DNA of 64,000 nucleotides from assembly GCF_964204645.1 (NCBI RefSeq), contig NC_134031.1, positions 2,108,001 to 2,172,000 on the forward strand, written 5' to 3'. This DNA is from Tubulanus polymorphus (lineage: Eukaryota; Animalia; Nemertea). The position numbers and the translations under genes were made by a program. Below the pieces are notes generated by a model, which saw only the letters and a program-made list of their open reading frames with translations, was not told where the DNA came from and made no database searches. Below are positions 27,044 through 41,373 of the stretch, piece by piece (position 1 is the stretch's first letter; every line of letters starts with the position of its first letter).

Positions 27044-28389
27044 GTCAGTTAACACCAAAAAATGTCGTCGAATGTTTTCTAAATGTTGTGAAAGTTTACC
27101 GTTGTTAATTGTCTTATCGTAATTCTAGCTATTTTGAACGGGAAAAGTTGCCGAACTCGTCCTAATATTATGAACTATTTCGTTTTATTAGGAATCGTAA
27201 GTAGGATATATAGAGAGGTCGTGTTGAATAAACTTTACAGGTTAACGACAGTCATCTTAATCCGAATTTGAAAAGACGGCAAGTTGTGAATTTTAGTGCA
27301 ATTTTAATCATTTATTTTATCTATACTAGCCAAAAACGTTTAACAAAATGATTTTCATTCGTTTTCATTACAAGCGCGGTTTTAGTTTTAGTTCTATGAA
27401 TCGGAATCTTGGGGTTTTAGATTTTCATATTGAAGTATGCGGGCATCCTCAAGCCGGGCATGGCGGTCATCAACTAATTTGCACGATACAAAATCATCGC
27501 CTTCAATATCTCCATCGTTTACTTATAACCTCTTAATCTTCGATTTTCCCTACGATCTAACAATCGTTTGGGCGTTTTCGTTTTTAATCGAATATTTCGC
27601 ATGAAAGAAAAGAAATTATTTGAAAAAAGAAATGATTGTTATCTATACGCGTGATATCTGAAGTGACGCCTACGCGGTTCATTAAGGCGCTCTTTCATCA
27701 ATCATTTAGTGAATTGTTTACATTGAATCGATTCGTACGAAATTATCGTTACGAAAGTATCTACAAACCTAAACTAATCATATCTGAAATTTGATCAGAT
27801 AAGGAAATTACTTCCAGACTCGTGTTACAAACTCGGATGACAGCGCCAGACGTGGTTTTAAGCTAAAATGACTAATTACTCATATATGAATTGATGATAT
27901 TATACTTAAGCCGATACTATGTCGAAAAAAGATGTTTTTCCTTTTAACGACGGTAGCGACTGTTAAAGAATGTTTTGTTTTTTTTTTCTCGAAATGATTG
28001 ACTAGGTTTTTGCTGCACGCGGGCTGTTGAAGAAAGATTATAAAGCTCCTGCAATACGATCTACCCTTTGTTGGCCACAACGTTATTTGAAATCGAATTC
28101 TAATTAAGTAGATAAACAAAATGAATGGAAATCCGCATAATATATAATCTGATTGACGAATTTATCGGTTTTAATTAGTGATTTCTCCCCGAGGAATTGG
28201 GATTTGCATTTTTCGGAAGCGCGTGCGGCCGATCGAAAAGGAGCGTAAATAAAATCTCGATACAAAAATACTATAATTTAGAGTAAATTTATTACGAAAT
28301 CGTCGAAATTCCGAGAAACTTTACGAAAAACATCTAGAATTATTAGAATTATTGTGCGAAGTTTTTTCTTATTCCAACTACGTAGCGAT

Positions 28390-28499
<110 letters not shown>

Positions 28500-31400
28500 C
28501 GATTGGGAAATATATGATACTATTTATATGATTATATCAACGTATTCAAAACGAACTGATTAATGGACGTACAAGATCAAAGGTAAAATCGCGCTCTTCG
28601 AATTACGTCTATTAATTGTATTTCATTTCGAATCATCTATACGTGATGAATGAAGTTATTCGCATGGAATTCACTATTACGGTGAGTCTATTATTAACGA
28701 GTGGCGGAGAGAGAGAGTTTGCTGATCGTTTCAAGGACTGGCTCTCGTGACGATTCGTATCATCGTCAAAACCCCTACCGCTCGTCTGATGATCGTCCCG
28801 ACAACAGCTTCTAGGATGATACGTCACGCATGGTTTTCCATTAGCGCAACCAACCAAAGGGTTCGCCTCCCTGCTCCGATAAATAAACCCGCTCAACACA
28901 AGCTACCAGTTCACAGCGGACTTGGCTCGGTATTTTTGGTCGGTTTAAACTGGTCCGTTTTGTAATGGAATTGGCTAGTTGAGTTTAGCGCGGCGATTTT
29001 TCGCTAGCGTGGAGGCTTGGTCCGTTCTAAATTTGAATGGACTAAATTTAGAAAGCCCTTGATAACGTAGTTTGAACGCGGCGTGGTTCAAATTTGACAC
29101 TATGAAAAACAACAAATCAAAAGAAAAGACTTTTAAAAAGTTCAACCTTACTTGAACCGGTATTTCAAAATCGGCCGCTAAAAGGCATTTAGATTTAAAA
29201 CATCGTGGTTAAACTTCTAAACGTGAACCTGAGACCAATCTCAAAATTTAAGACCTATTTGAAATAAAGTCACGATTTGAAAAAACTTAACAATTACTTC
29301 CTAGATCTCAAGTAAATTACGGGAATAATGTTTATAAACCGCCTTTTTGAAGCGCGCTTCGCTTTTTCCGATCTTTCTGAGGTTATCCCGATGACGCCCG
29401 TTCGAACACGACTTCGCCCTCGAGAACAAAGCCAAGCTCGTGTAATTCAATCTGCATACGTGTGTCTTTTTGAACGCTTTAAAGTATATCTCAGAGAATG
29501 GAAGGAGAGAACGGAGAGAGAGAGAGAGGACGTACACACCCAGTTCACGTTTGCGCATTTTCTAAAAAAAGCTATCGATACATCTAAAACAGTCTCTTCC
29601 GTCGACGTTAAACAAACGCGACGTCTGACTTTTGAGTAATGCTTGAATATGAAATGTTAAATTGAATTTCTCTACGAAAAAAATCGATGCATTTTTCCAT
29701 AATTATAGATAGGCTGCCAGACATAGTGGGATGTATTTTTAAAAAAATATAACCTATGCTTAAAGCAATTCTTTTCCGTATCTGAAACGTTATTCTAAAT
29801 TTTTTTTTTCATTCATATGATATTGATATCGATATTCTAATTAATGAAGGCTTATAGAAAATTCTAATTGTAATTGTTATTTCAAACCACCAATATCGAT
29901 GACGTAGTGCACATCGACTAACACAGAACCACTTAAATAATGCATAGTAGTTATCAACACACTATTGTAACGGTTTTTATGGCGTCAAAAATATAGATTT
30001 AGAATATCATTAATATCGGTATCGTTCGTTGTTTTCTGGTAAACTGAAAATGGATCAGATTATGCGTCATAATGAAAGGTGTTGAAAATAAGTACAGTGA
30101 AGTCGATCGTGTGTACCGTAAGATTCCGGCGCCTTATCGAGACGCAATAATCTATCGCTAATAACACGATAGAATATTTGCACCGTCCGTCGCCCGGTGT
30201 GTAACGATCGTCTAATTCAATTTGTCGAGGATTATCTCATTCGCCGATAAGTCGTGTTAATGCACGGATCAATGACGTAGGTAATGGAGTACAACTAAAC
30301 CCGTCACGATCGGCTGCACGCGGGCGAGGCGGCTCGATTTCCCTGTCGAAAACCTGCCACGCTTCACCACCTGAAACGACGTGCCTGAATACCCTATCCT
30401 AATAACGGGCGATTTTTAAAGTTTCAAGTTTCAGAGTTTTGCTCCAAAAAGAAAAAAAATTGAGCGCAGCTAATTTGTTTTACAATACATTTTACCAGAT
30501 GGCCACAAAGATTGCCTAAGCCCATTGATATTGGTTCGTACCTTGATATACCAGTGTTTAAAGAAATACGTGATCATCAGGATAACAAAAGGGAATATGT
30601 TGCAATATGGGTCTATTTCAGTGGGAGTGGTGTTTAGCATATCTATTTCAAAATGAACTGAATCGACAATTTCAAGACTTCTACTTTTGCGCTCATCAAC
30701 CATATCAAAAAAATTTCGAAAATGATTACGTGAACCATCCTTTCTGAGAAAGTCTTTCTCGGTTGTCATACTTATCTATCATCAAAACGGAAATTGAACT
30801 GTCAAAAGTTTGACAACGATTTCACTGAATGAGTGTTAACGAGTTATTTCATCCAATTATCGAAGAACATTCGACGAATCGTTTAAAAAAACGTATTTTC
30901 CGTGGGATTATATTTGGGATTATATATTTCGCGTCTGATATTGTCGCCGTAAGTTTTTTTAAATGAGCTAGTTTGATTTGAGGTTGGCTGGGTCTTTCAA
31001 ACGTGTGATTGAATGGCTTAAACGCGTTTCAATGAGGTTAAGAATATGAAACATTATTCGCCCTCCATTAATACCGCGTGAAATTCGAACGCGAAGGGCC
31101 ACGTTCTATAGCATAACATTTCAGACAGAAATTGATCTCCAACCTAAGAGGGTACGAATAATACCAAAAAAAATAATTCACAGATTGATTGATGCCCTGA
31201 AAAAGTCGGCGTTTAAAGTAGAAATCGCGTTGTTAATACGTTAACGAAGCTAATCAGGACCGCGTGAAATCATGCTCCAATTACCTAGCGCACTCATTTG
31301 CACGGTAACTGTTTACTAAAGTGCGCTCTGTCAGCACTGTTCTCCTCCGCTGAGCCCCGCAGCTAGAGATTTTTCCGTCAGTAAAAATGCGGCACTTTGC

Positions 31401-33251
31401 GCGCGCTGAAGTGATGATTAACGTGTCGACGATGCGTACAGGAATTTTTCGACGGCGTCTCCTCCACGTTCGTTCCATCAGATCGAAAGCTTCTTAATGT
31501 ATGAACGGGACGGATAATTGCCAGTTACGCGCGGTTATATAAATTCAAACACTTCAAATTATATGCTACACACGCGTATCCGAATCCGAATGTACGAATT
31601 CGATTTCAAAAGTTCTTAGTCGATACTATTCATCTCTTTCAGATTTCAGCTGATGGATAGTCAAGACTGAACATGAAAAAAAAACTCTCCATCTGAAACC
31701 TTACTCCATCTAAAACAAAACTCTTACTTCGTTTTTGAAACGCTTCAAATCCATTTTACGCGTAATGTTTTCTGCAAAAACCGTTTAACGGAGGAAGAAT
31801 AATTCATCTGAAATTGAGTTCAAGAATCAAAACTCATTGAACTTGTTATCAGCATACAGGGAAAAAAACATTTTCACGGACACCCGGTGGGTTCCTTATT
31901 TTAACAACACCCGTTTATTCCCGTTTTACAGACACCCGATCGTTCCTGGTTTTAAAAACACCCGGCAATTTTTTGCTTTTAACGGAAACGGAAAGTCGAG
32001 ATCCCGTCCCGTCTACGGTCGATCGCGACGAAGTTTGGCGCGTTCGCACGCAAGCCGGTGCAATCCGAAATGGATCTATTCGAGTCTATATCTCGAGAAA
32101 AGCTTTTTAGACGTTTCCGTGACGATTGCGATCGAAAAAATACAGCTGCTCAGCTGCGTGATGGTGCGCGACTGACGAAACAGTTTCTTCAGTTCACGAC
32201 GCGCTGGCAGGTGTAAAACTGACTCGGTAAATTTCGTCAAATCCCGACTTAATCTAGTTGAACAACCGTCAATCGCACTTAACGCAAATATTCATGGAAG
32301 TTTTCTGATCGGCTGCGTTTAACTGCGTGTAAAGCGTAGCAATGAGTATTTGTTAACTGAAAAAATAACTGAACTCAAAGACTACGAATCTATTTTTAGT
32401 TCGTCAACTTCGATAATTGAGAATAGAAACGATAAGAATTACAAATGAATATGATTTAGAATATTTGAAATTATGGAAATATGAAAAAAATCATATTTAA
32501 GTCTGTAGATATCTAAAAGCAAACATTTTGAGTTTCTGATTATTGGCCCGTTGTTTTATAACACACGGAATAATGAATGGATATAATCCTCAAACTGTTA
32601 CGAATTCTATTCAGAAAACCCATTTCCGCTCAAATTATTTAGTTACAAGCCGGGTTCAGGTCCACATCTTTGAGTTAGAGTTAGGATCAGTTCATTTTCG
32701 TATTGGGGTTCAAATAAAGCTCAGAACTTTTAAACTAGATCCCGGTCTATTATCTGCAGTCACCTGATTTTGAGGAGCCCGAATTAATAAACGCGGCCAT
32801 GAACCTCATACTAATTCGCAAACAGCAGGGATTGTTCGTGAATATGATTCCGAGACAGAAGTGTCTACAATTATGAGATATCATTGCGGTATTAATCAAC
32901 GAACGAGTCGCTGATTACGGACGAATCGCACGAATATCGAATATCTATATGGACTCTAGCTAGCACCGGTCAACACAATACATTTTATACTGCCCTCATC
33001 GGACAACCGACTTATTGATAATCTGATTGGATCTGACTCCTCGGTCCAGGGTCGTCCCCGGCTACCAGTCACGTTTCGAGTTAGGATATAAGGTACTAAA
33101 ATAGAAAAATAAAAATAAGAAGTAACCAGAAAATAGAAATAAAACGTAGAGTGTTTAGAAAAAATTGTCAGTATTATGGAATATGGAAAAATGCTATCAT
33201 AAAGACAGCTGCTTTACAGCCGCCATTAGTACAGTTTAATTGCTGCTTTTT

Positions 33252-33592
33252 CCATCCTCCCTCTGCAGGGACTCGAACCTGATGGCATCGTTACACTCAG
33301 CCACGGCACGAACCCCTGCATCAGTAGACCGGGTGCGCAGGTACATGCGCAGCTTTCCGAACGAAAACTGGCGGCACCAATCAGATTGCTCGTTGTATAA
33401 TCGTTGAGGCAAATTTCAAGGAAGAACTATAAATGGGAAAACCCGGGCTAAAATAAAACGGGATTTCTGATTGGCTAAAGATCACATCATCTGAACTGCG
33501 CATGTATCTGCGCACACGGTCGATTATGGCAGGGTTTCGTGCCGTGGCAATCTCGATGCCATCAGGTTCGAATCCCTGCCGGGGGAGGATGG
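33252..33592. mobile_element. Foldback element with ~100-bp imperfect inverted arms and a 6-bp TSD
   Basis: Arms 33252-33352 and 33496-33592 (CCATCCTCC...GAACCTGATGGCATCG...GCCACGGCACGAA...TGCGCAGGTACATGCGCAG versus the reverse complement); CTTTTT at 33246-33251 and 33593-33598. Confidence 0.75.
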
Positions 33593-33670
33593 CTTTTTCG
33601 AGCTTGACCGCGCATTTCTACCTACTTTCTAAGACAAATTGATTCCATATATATATAGTCGCTACGAGCT

Positions 33671-33713
33671 ATTTTAAACACGAGACAGACTTTGAATTGG
33701 AAAGGTCGATTTT
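33671..33713 (+). repeat. Dispersed ~43-bp repeat (second copy at 47063-47105)
   Basis: ATTTTAAACACGAGA(C/T)AGACTTTGAATTGGAAAGGTCGATTTT in both places, one mismatch; probably a transposon end. Confidence 0.75.
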
Positions 33714-35426
33714 TTCTTGTCATGTTTTACGGCCCACATTGCCGGCGAGCTTCGATTGTCAATACATGTACTACACGCCCGAGCCAAGTGAGAATGAGCT
33801 TTATTATTTTTTTCGATATAAAGTAAACTAAGTTTCCAAAAATTATATGCTAAAAAGTTGGGTGATTGAAAATATTTTTCGCGATATTTCATGCGAAATC
33901 ATCTCAATGAATTCCCAGCATCAAAGCATTTCAAAGAAACTGTATTTACCTGGTAATGGCATAAGCTTCTTAAAGGGACTAGGAAAAATTCTAAATTGTC
34001 CGAAAACCCAGGGATGGCTGACCTAGAACATAATGATCGCCGAACGAGGACGTAAAAACTACAACAGATAAAACATGTATCGTACAGAATCGTTATATCG
34101 GTGAAGGGGACGAACAGGGTTTAACCATTAACTGCGGCGAGTGGTCTGGATCCAATCCAGGTGTTCAGGGGCTCCGTCTGTTCGTTCGATCGTCCTACGC
34201 GACTGTAACCGTTTTTACGAATCGTTAGCACGAAAAACGTCGAACGAATAAAATCATCAAAAGCAGACAGATATTGATTGAAGTGTTCCTTGTAGATGTA
34301 TAAGATAAGATTTTTAACCTTTCTAAAACCGAACGCTGCCCCGGGCTCTAACAACAACACTGTTCTTTACGTTACATATATAACCGCGTGTACATTATAA
34401 AGCAATATATTGTTGATTAAGTATCAACGCTCCTGGAAGTTCATTGATCTGCCTACATTCACATTGCAGTTCTCTCGAGTTCGCGAGATAATCCGAGACT
34501 TGAAATGAAAATTAGCCGCCGGCAGAGGGCGTGTGAACGCTGATGTACAAGTGCTCGCGCCGACGCTGCTGGGTCTTCAAAACAGATTCCATTACATCGT
34601 TATTCTTTTTAGAAAATTAATTGAAATTTTATTGAATATTTACCGTGATGTTATCATTTTGCTGACGGTAATTTTTGAATTATTGAACATTTCCGAAGTT
34701 ATAGCAATGTTTGTACGATTGCCTAAAAGGACTAAGCATTGATTTCTACTTTTCACATATTATAACGCGTTCCTTTTCTTTAACTCAACAACATCAGACA
34801 TTTTAGTACCAGAAATCAGACATTTTAGACATTCGATTTTTCCAACGTTGCGTCGATGAAAAATTACGAACTTTTCAGAAACTGCCCCTAGACGGATACA
34901 CTGTCCACGAGTCACAAAACCGGCGCGTTTCGACTCTATTCTTTGGAGCCATTTCCAGAAATCAAAGTAGAATTGAGTCGGAAAGTCAAATGTTCTCATA
35001 GTTTATATTCTCCATATTGTGGCATTTTCTTCCATTGAATAAGACAGACGCTTAGCGATTGATTATCATCTTCAATATGGCCATTCTGATTGGTCGACGT
35101 CGCTGACGTAGTTCGTAAACGGACCAATCATAGATCGTTTCGCGTGACGTATAGGCTACTCAATGATTCCCATCTTCAATATGGATATTCTGATTTCGCG
35201 TAGATGAAGCTTGAATATAGCAGATGAGGAAATCTGTATTCACATAGACACGAGATCAAACGACAATATTTAGATAATAGAACCGCACTCCAGATAACCA
35301 GAGAAGTGGAGATAACTGAGTATGGGGGATATGCGATTGTTTACACTCATAGAGATAAGATAGCGAATCTGAGAGCAAATCGATAACCAATAAGTTTGTA
35401 TCAATTAATAACCAATAATGATATAA

Positions 35427-35757
35427 GTCGCGATCACACAAGTGGTTCATATTTTTCCGGTGCCAGACTAGGCCTCGAGTTCACTAAGAACCTTAGTACC
35501 GGAGCAGTCACTCCAAGGACTGGGTGAAGGCCCGAACCAAGTGACCAAAAAACGTCGGAACGGCTCAAATCATTCCGTGTGGTTGCTAATTGGTTCTGGA
35601 AGTGACTCACCTCACTTGCCACAGCATCGTTTTGATAGCATTTTAGTAACGAGTGAGTGATATACGTGTGAACGAGCTAAATTTTAGCTAAATTTGGCTC
35701 GGGGCCTGATACCGGCCAGTTTGACCCTGGCCAAAATCCTATCCGTGTGATCTCGCA
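35427..35757. mobile_element. Family D DNA-transposon-like repeat
   Basis: Termini GTCGCGATCACAC ... GTGTGATCTCGC (imperfect TIR); internal similarity to 55647-55965 (CTTGCCACAGCAT, GGCCA.TTT.ACCC.GGCC). Confidence 0.6.
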
Positions 35758-38700
35758 ATAATTGTTCTTTTTTGTGAAATATTCACTCGGTTTCTCGCTG
35801 CTGTTCCTATAAATGACATTGGAATGCAATAAAATGTAATCGTGCAAGTCGCTGCGCGGCGACCGGCTGAATATCATCGGACAAGATTGTCCCGCGGTAA
35901 ATTACTGAAATTCCCCGCTGAGAACCGCATAAAACACATCTAAAACATACGGAATTTAAGATGTCGATAGGACAGCGCATTGTTACCGGCGCATAATAGG
36001 CTTATTACGTTCTCGACTCGATACAATTACTTATAGTTTCGTGAGGGAGATGATTTGAATATAACGTATCAATCTTTTCCGTGTAACATCGCCGAGTAAA
36101 GTGCCAGTCACAGTCGGAGATGAATGCACATCGACGGGTTACCTGTGCACCGTGTAGCGCCGAGCTGTTCCGATACACTTATTTCCGAGAAAGCGAGAAA
36201 AGGGAAAATTACCCGACGGTAAACGCGATTCAGCCGCAAAAACGAATGAAAAATACGAACGATGGCGCTGCTTTCATTTTTTAAAGTCGTGTCTGGCGAT
36301 ATTGCCCCGGGGCCATCGGTCGGCGATGAATCGGAGCCATCTCGGTGACAGATGAAAGCGCCGCTGCCGTATCATTTGCCGGCGCCTACAGATGATGATC
36401 AAAACGTTATCGAATCCGGGAGAAGGCTCCGTGAAATTCGAGCCGCAATCCGCCTCACGCGTGTCAGCGTCGGAGTGTATTCTGATTAGGCTCGAATCGA
36501 CATGAAAAAAAGATTTCAACGTAAAGACATCTAAATTATACGCGGGGCAGTTCTGCAGTAACGTTGCCAGAGTGCATTCTTACGCAATCAATTCCTTTTG
36601 AGACTTCACCCAGTCCCGGAAGTGGTTGTTTCCGTCGCTCTGGGATCCTATCGTCTGGTATATCAGACTCTAAGGTTCTCGGTGAATTTGAGACAAACTC
36701 ATTATTCAAACGGTGTCATTTAAGGGGTATCAGTCGATGTGCACTACGTCATCATTATTGACCTTTTGAGACTAAGCGTGAACATAAGCGTTTATCGTCA
36801 AATTTCATTGCTCTTATTTTCTATCTAATGAATCTTTATGTTCTTTCATGATGAATTTAATTGGAAATTAGGATATTGTGCGAGTGAATGTGCACTACGT
36901 CATCGATACTAGGGCTAGACTGGTTTCCGGTCAATTCAATTCAATTTAATGTCGTTATCTATATTCAGATTCGAAATACCTTGATTGATCTTTGATTGTC
37001 CATATATTCATTTTCGATAATATCGTCAATAAATTTTCAAATTTGTTCTCAGATTTTTCAAACGACAGCTACAAATTTCAACACTCGTCCAACTAGATCC
37101 TGATCGCTGATATCTTCGCAATTCTAGCGCCTCAGATAATATCGAAAAACACTTCATCTTTTCTACGCTCTTAAACGTAACGCGAGACGGACTTGAAGCT
37201 TATGACGCAAATTGACATGCTCTTTCACGCTTTTTGATAAAATAAAGTTAATATCATCATTTTTTTTCTTTTCGAAGTAAGAGACGTAAATTGGAATAAG
37301 TTTGTAATTCCGCGTATATTTCGTGACACGGCGCTATTGTTCCGCGCGAAACTTGTCTACGTTCTCGAAGTAATCATCTTTTCATGTTGCAACAAAATCC
37401 TCACTTCAAACAAACAAAATGATCACATTTAGCAGACGTAGCAATTTTCCGTGTTATTGCAACTGGACTGGATCGTGTCGTACAGTCGGTGGTGCGCTGA
37501 TCGGTATCCGCAATAAGTATGTTTTCCCACCGGATCACGCTGCACGTGTGCGGGGTGGGGGATGTGGGGGGTGTGGGGGGTGGGGGCAAGTCGATTGGAT
37601 CATTCAATTATGTACATGTTCTGCTCATTAGTGGTGGCCGGTGTTTTTGTCCGCACTCATACGCGGAGTGTCCGCGCTGAACTGAAGCTTTGACGATGGT
37701 GAAAAAATAATGGTAACACGGTGTGTTTATCTACCGTTCTCGCGCATCGACTTCAACGTTACGGATTTCTTTCTGTAGATAAATAAAGATGAACGAATTG
37801 ACGCGTTCTACAAACATCGCCGAAAAGTCAGCTGCGGTGTGAATGAACGCTTTGATTGAATATTTAGCCACATCGTGACCGACGAATTCCCAAATTGCGT
37901 CCACGCTCGTTAAACCGTTAGACCTTCCAACCATAACCGGGTCAGTTTTTACAGGAACATTGGTGGCTTCAATTCCTAGGAAATATTATCCCGATTCTGG
38001 CGAGTAGCGGTCCATGCATATGGTTTTTGATAGTCTACCCGAGCTCCTCTGATGACAGTACCACGTGTCTAATTTGTTGGTGTGCGAGAACATGAAATTT
38101 TTTATTTTTTGATTTCAAACACGGGAATTTCATTTCTAATGACACGGTTCGAATCCAAAATCAATGTTGTATTTTTCAATGAATGAATGCTATCAATTTT
38201 GGCGGGATATATTTCGCTATTCCTGTCATCTGCCGCTAATCTAACTAACCAAGAGCCAGGTGTTCCATTATCTCGGCGAGACGGAGCTAAATAAGTATTA
38301 CTGGCGTAATGTTATTACAAGGACGGCTCCGATAGTTTCGGTGCACGACGCGTATGAATACACGAATACATATGTTAATTAAGCGCCCAAACGATTCGGA
38401 AATAGCGCGGCGATCGCGTGAGTCAGCCATCATCCCTTATCTGAACTGAAACGTCACCGCCTTTAGAAGCCTGTCAGTTACCCGAACTAACCGGCTCCTC
38501 ATCGATAACAACACCGGAAAATACCGAATCAAAGACTCGGTCTAAATATTTTTTCGATAAGGCGCTATATGAATTATTGATCGCGTCAAATCGTATAATG
38601 AAAATAATTTTATTCGATACAAACGACGGCTTATCCCGAAGCATTACGGATCGACCAGTTTTCGATGACCTCGATAAGAGACAAAACACTATCGTATATA

Positions 38701-39627
38701 CCAGATTATTTCGAAAAGACTGTCATCGAAACTTACAAGATATGGGCCCACGTACAAAAACACAGGCCATTCATCATTATGATCGATGACGTGCCGCTGG
38801 TCAGCTGAGTTATAGTCAGTCAGTCAGTGCTTATTGCGAGTCAGGCTACTTCACTTCACTTGCCGATTGTTAATCGAATCATTCCTTTGTAATGCGTTAC
38901 TGATTAGATCGAACTTGACGTATAGATAAAAATACACTTTTTTCTTGAAATATATCAAACAACACAGAATTCCCTGCGCGACTGTGTCGTCTTTGTTTTA
39001 ACGACACGCTTGAAAGCAAACCCTTTTCCGTATCGGCGTATTATACCTTCGCTACGAGATGCTAAGATAATTTCCGACGATGTCAATACACTATTAGAAG
39101 ATTTTTAAGACAATTTTAAAGACCCCCTCAACGACAATAAGTGAACGAGTAACGTTGCTCTCGAGTCAGCGATCTACCAGGAGAGTAATGAGATGATAGC
39201 ATTAATCAAAATACCTCATCGTTAGAAAAAACGTACTTTACATTCAGTTTGAAAGATTCCCCGATTCTTTCAGTTCAAATGACTTGTAAAGTTTATAGGT
39301 ACATGTACTTTTCTTAATCAAGCTTAGGACGTGAGACGTTGCGAGCTCGACTATCAAATCATAAACCATAATCCCGCAACGATATCTTCTTAGCGGTCAG
39401 TCTTGGTAAAGATTCATGCAGGCAATGTGAGCAAGTATCAAAGAAGAATTTTTATGTCCACGATGGTCAGTTCTCTGACGGGTTTTGTCTCCGGCATGGA
39501 ATGAGCGGCGCAGTACCGACACGGCGAGAAATAACTAAACGTTCATTAATACGGAATGTCTTGTCGATGGTTCCTCTTCTGAAGAGCGCACCATAGCGTC
39601 GGGTAGTAATCGATAATCCGAACACGT

Positions 39628-39698
39628 AGCTATACCCTTACCATAATCCCCAGCTATACCCTTACCATTCGCAGCTATACCCTTACCATAATCCCCAG
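39628..39698 (+). repeat. Short tandem repeat (AGCTATACCCTTACCAT core x3)
   Basis: Three 21-24-bp units sharing a 17-bp core. Confidence 0.85.
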
Positions 39699-41233
39699 AC
39701 TGTTTCTTATCACAGATATAATACCCCGTCATTTTCTCTGCTTGTTTGAGCGAATGATATTGCAATTTACCGCAACTCGCATTTGGCACCTATGTCGCAA
39801 AGCATTGGGTTAGGAGAGGACTGGATCATTAGCTTTCGAAAAATAGTCGGCACTCTTTAGAATTATGAATAAGATCTGTGGCTTTCCTCTAGCAAAATGG
39901 CCGATGTGTGTATATCATATAGATAGACGTGAACAAACGCTGGTGACCACGCGGTCAGCAACTGCGAATCACTCGAAAATCATTGGTATTGACAGTTAAT
40001 GAAGTTTGACGATGCTTTGGCCGCACGCTTCCAATCCGTTTACTATTATCAATATTATAAACCGCTGACTTCTCCGCATACACGCGTACTACATATGTAA
40101 ACCGTATAGAGGATTTCATAAGATTGCTTCAGACAGAAATTGACTTGAAGAATCGACTGATGAAGTCGATGGGCTCTCTATACGTAGCTCGACACGCGCA
40201 GTGCTGGACATTTCAACTGTTAATTCGATCGTATTCAATAAAATATTGAAGCAGTTCAAGCGTCCTTTATAAGCGGCTGAACATCTTGCAGGGTTAACTA
40301 GATGAGTCAACGTATCTACTCGACCAACTAAAAGAAAGTCCGGTATATATTTCGGTTTAGAACTTTAGCTGCTAGAAACTGACCGAGTCACTGGTCCCGT
40401 CAAACTAGGGTTCACTGATTACTGGTAGCGACGGAGTTTCTTGGTCTAAGATGGCCTTCTTGTTATGCCCTGCGTGGCGCTCAGTGGGTTGACGGTACCA
40501 CGATTCGATTTACCTATTAATTTGTGTTATTTGGCTAAAATCTACCGTACTTTTACCATCTTTTCTGGCACCTTTAAATCGTTAGTAAAGTTTGCTAATT
40601 GGCAACTTTTTTCTCGGTGCAACCTGCCACGGAAACGAATCAACCCGGTGTTATATGATAATTAGGCGAGCGCGCACGCGCTTTGAGGGCCGTTGTGTGT
40701 GTTTCTAATGGGGAATTCGGCCGTGATGTTTACCCGTCTGAAGAGCACATGAAAGTCCGCGAAACGTCTTAATTAGACGCATCTCGAGGCATCATTAGTC
40801 GCTCACGCAGTCGCAGTCTCGTTGTTTCTCGTTGCAGTTCGTAATTTGTCGGTAATTCGTCGTCGTCGAGAAATCGAATGAAATAAAAGAGCAGCTCTTC
40901 TGTTCGCCATGTAAATTACTAATTAGACTCTTTATGTTTACGGCGCCGCGTTTCAGACTCGAGACTGTTTTCAATATGAAACAATGAATGGCGAAAAAAC
41001 TATAGAATACTTTTTTACAGACTTACATGTACATCACTGACGCCCACAAATTCGGATAGGCTTTGCCGGTTTTATTACGATATTAACTTTAAAAGGAATT
41101 TACAAGATATTACTGAGTAAGCATTTCAACATCTGTCAAACACTCTCAGCAACTCTGCTTGATAAGCCTCATTATTATTATCATATTATTAACATTATTA
41201 TAATGAGATTAATAGAATGTTGGTAAAGACCTG

Positions 41234-41373
41234 GCGCCGGTTGCATAGTCATGACTTACACTTAAGACCAGTCTAAGACCAACTTAGTTCTATAGCCAAT
41301 CTAACAACTTAAGACCAGTCTTAAGATTTTCAAGACCATTTTTTGACTTAAGTCACGACTGTGCAACTGGCCC
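41234..41373. mobile_element. PIF/Harbinger-like MITE, family H2
   Basis: TIRs GCGCCGGTTGCATAGTC / GACTGTGCAACTGGCCC, CWG flanks (CTG, CAG), internal TAAGACC subrepeats; a second copy starts at 63901. Confidence 0.8.

Noticed and set aside
31630-31670. Acceptor-like sites in the large intron (31641, 37052) as alternative neuropeptide exons
   Set aside because: Phase-0 reading stops within 5-16 codons and encodes no peptide-like sequence.
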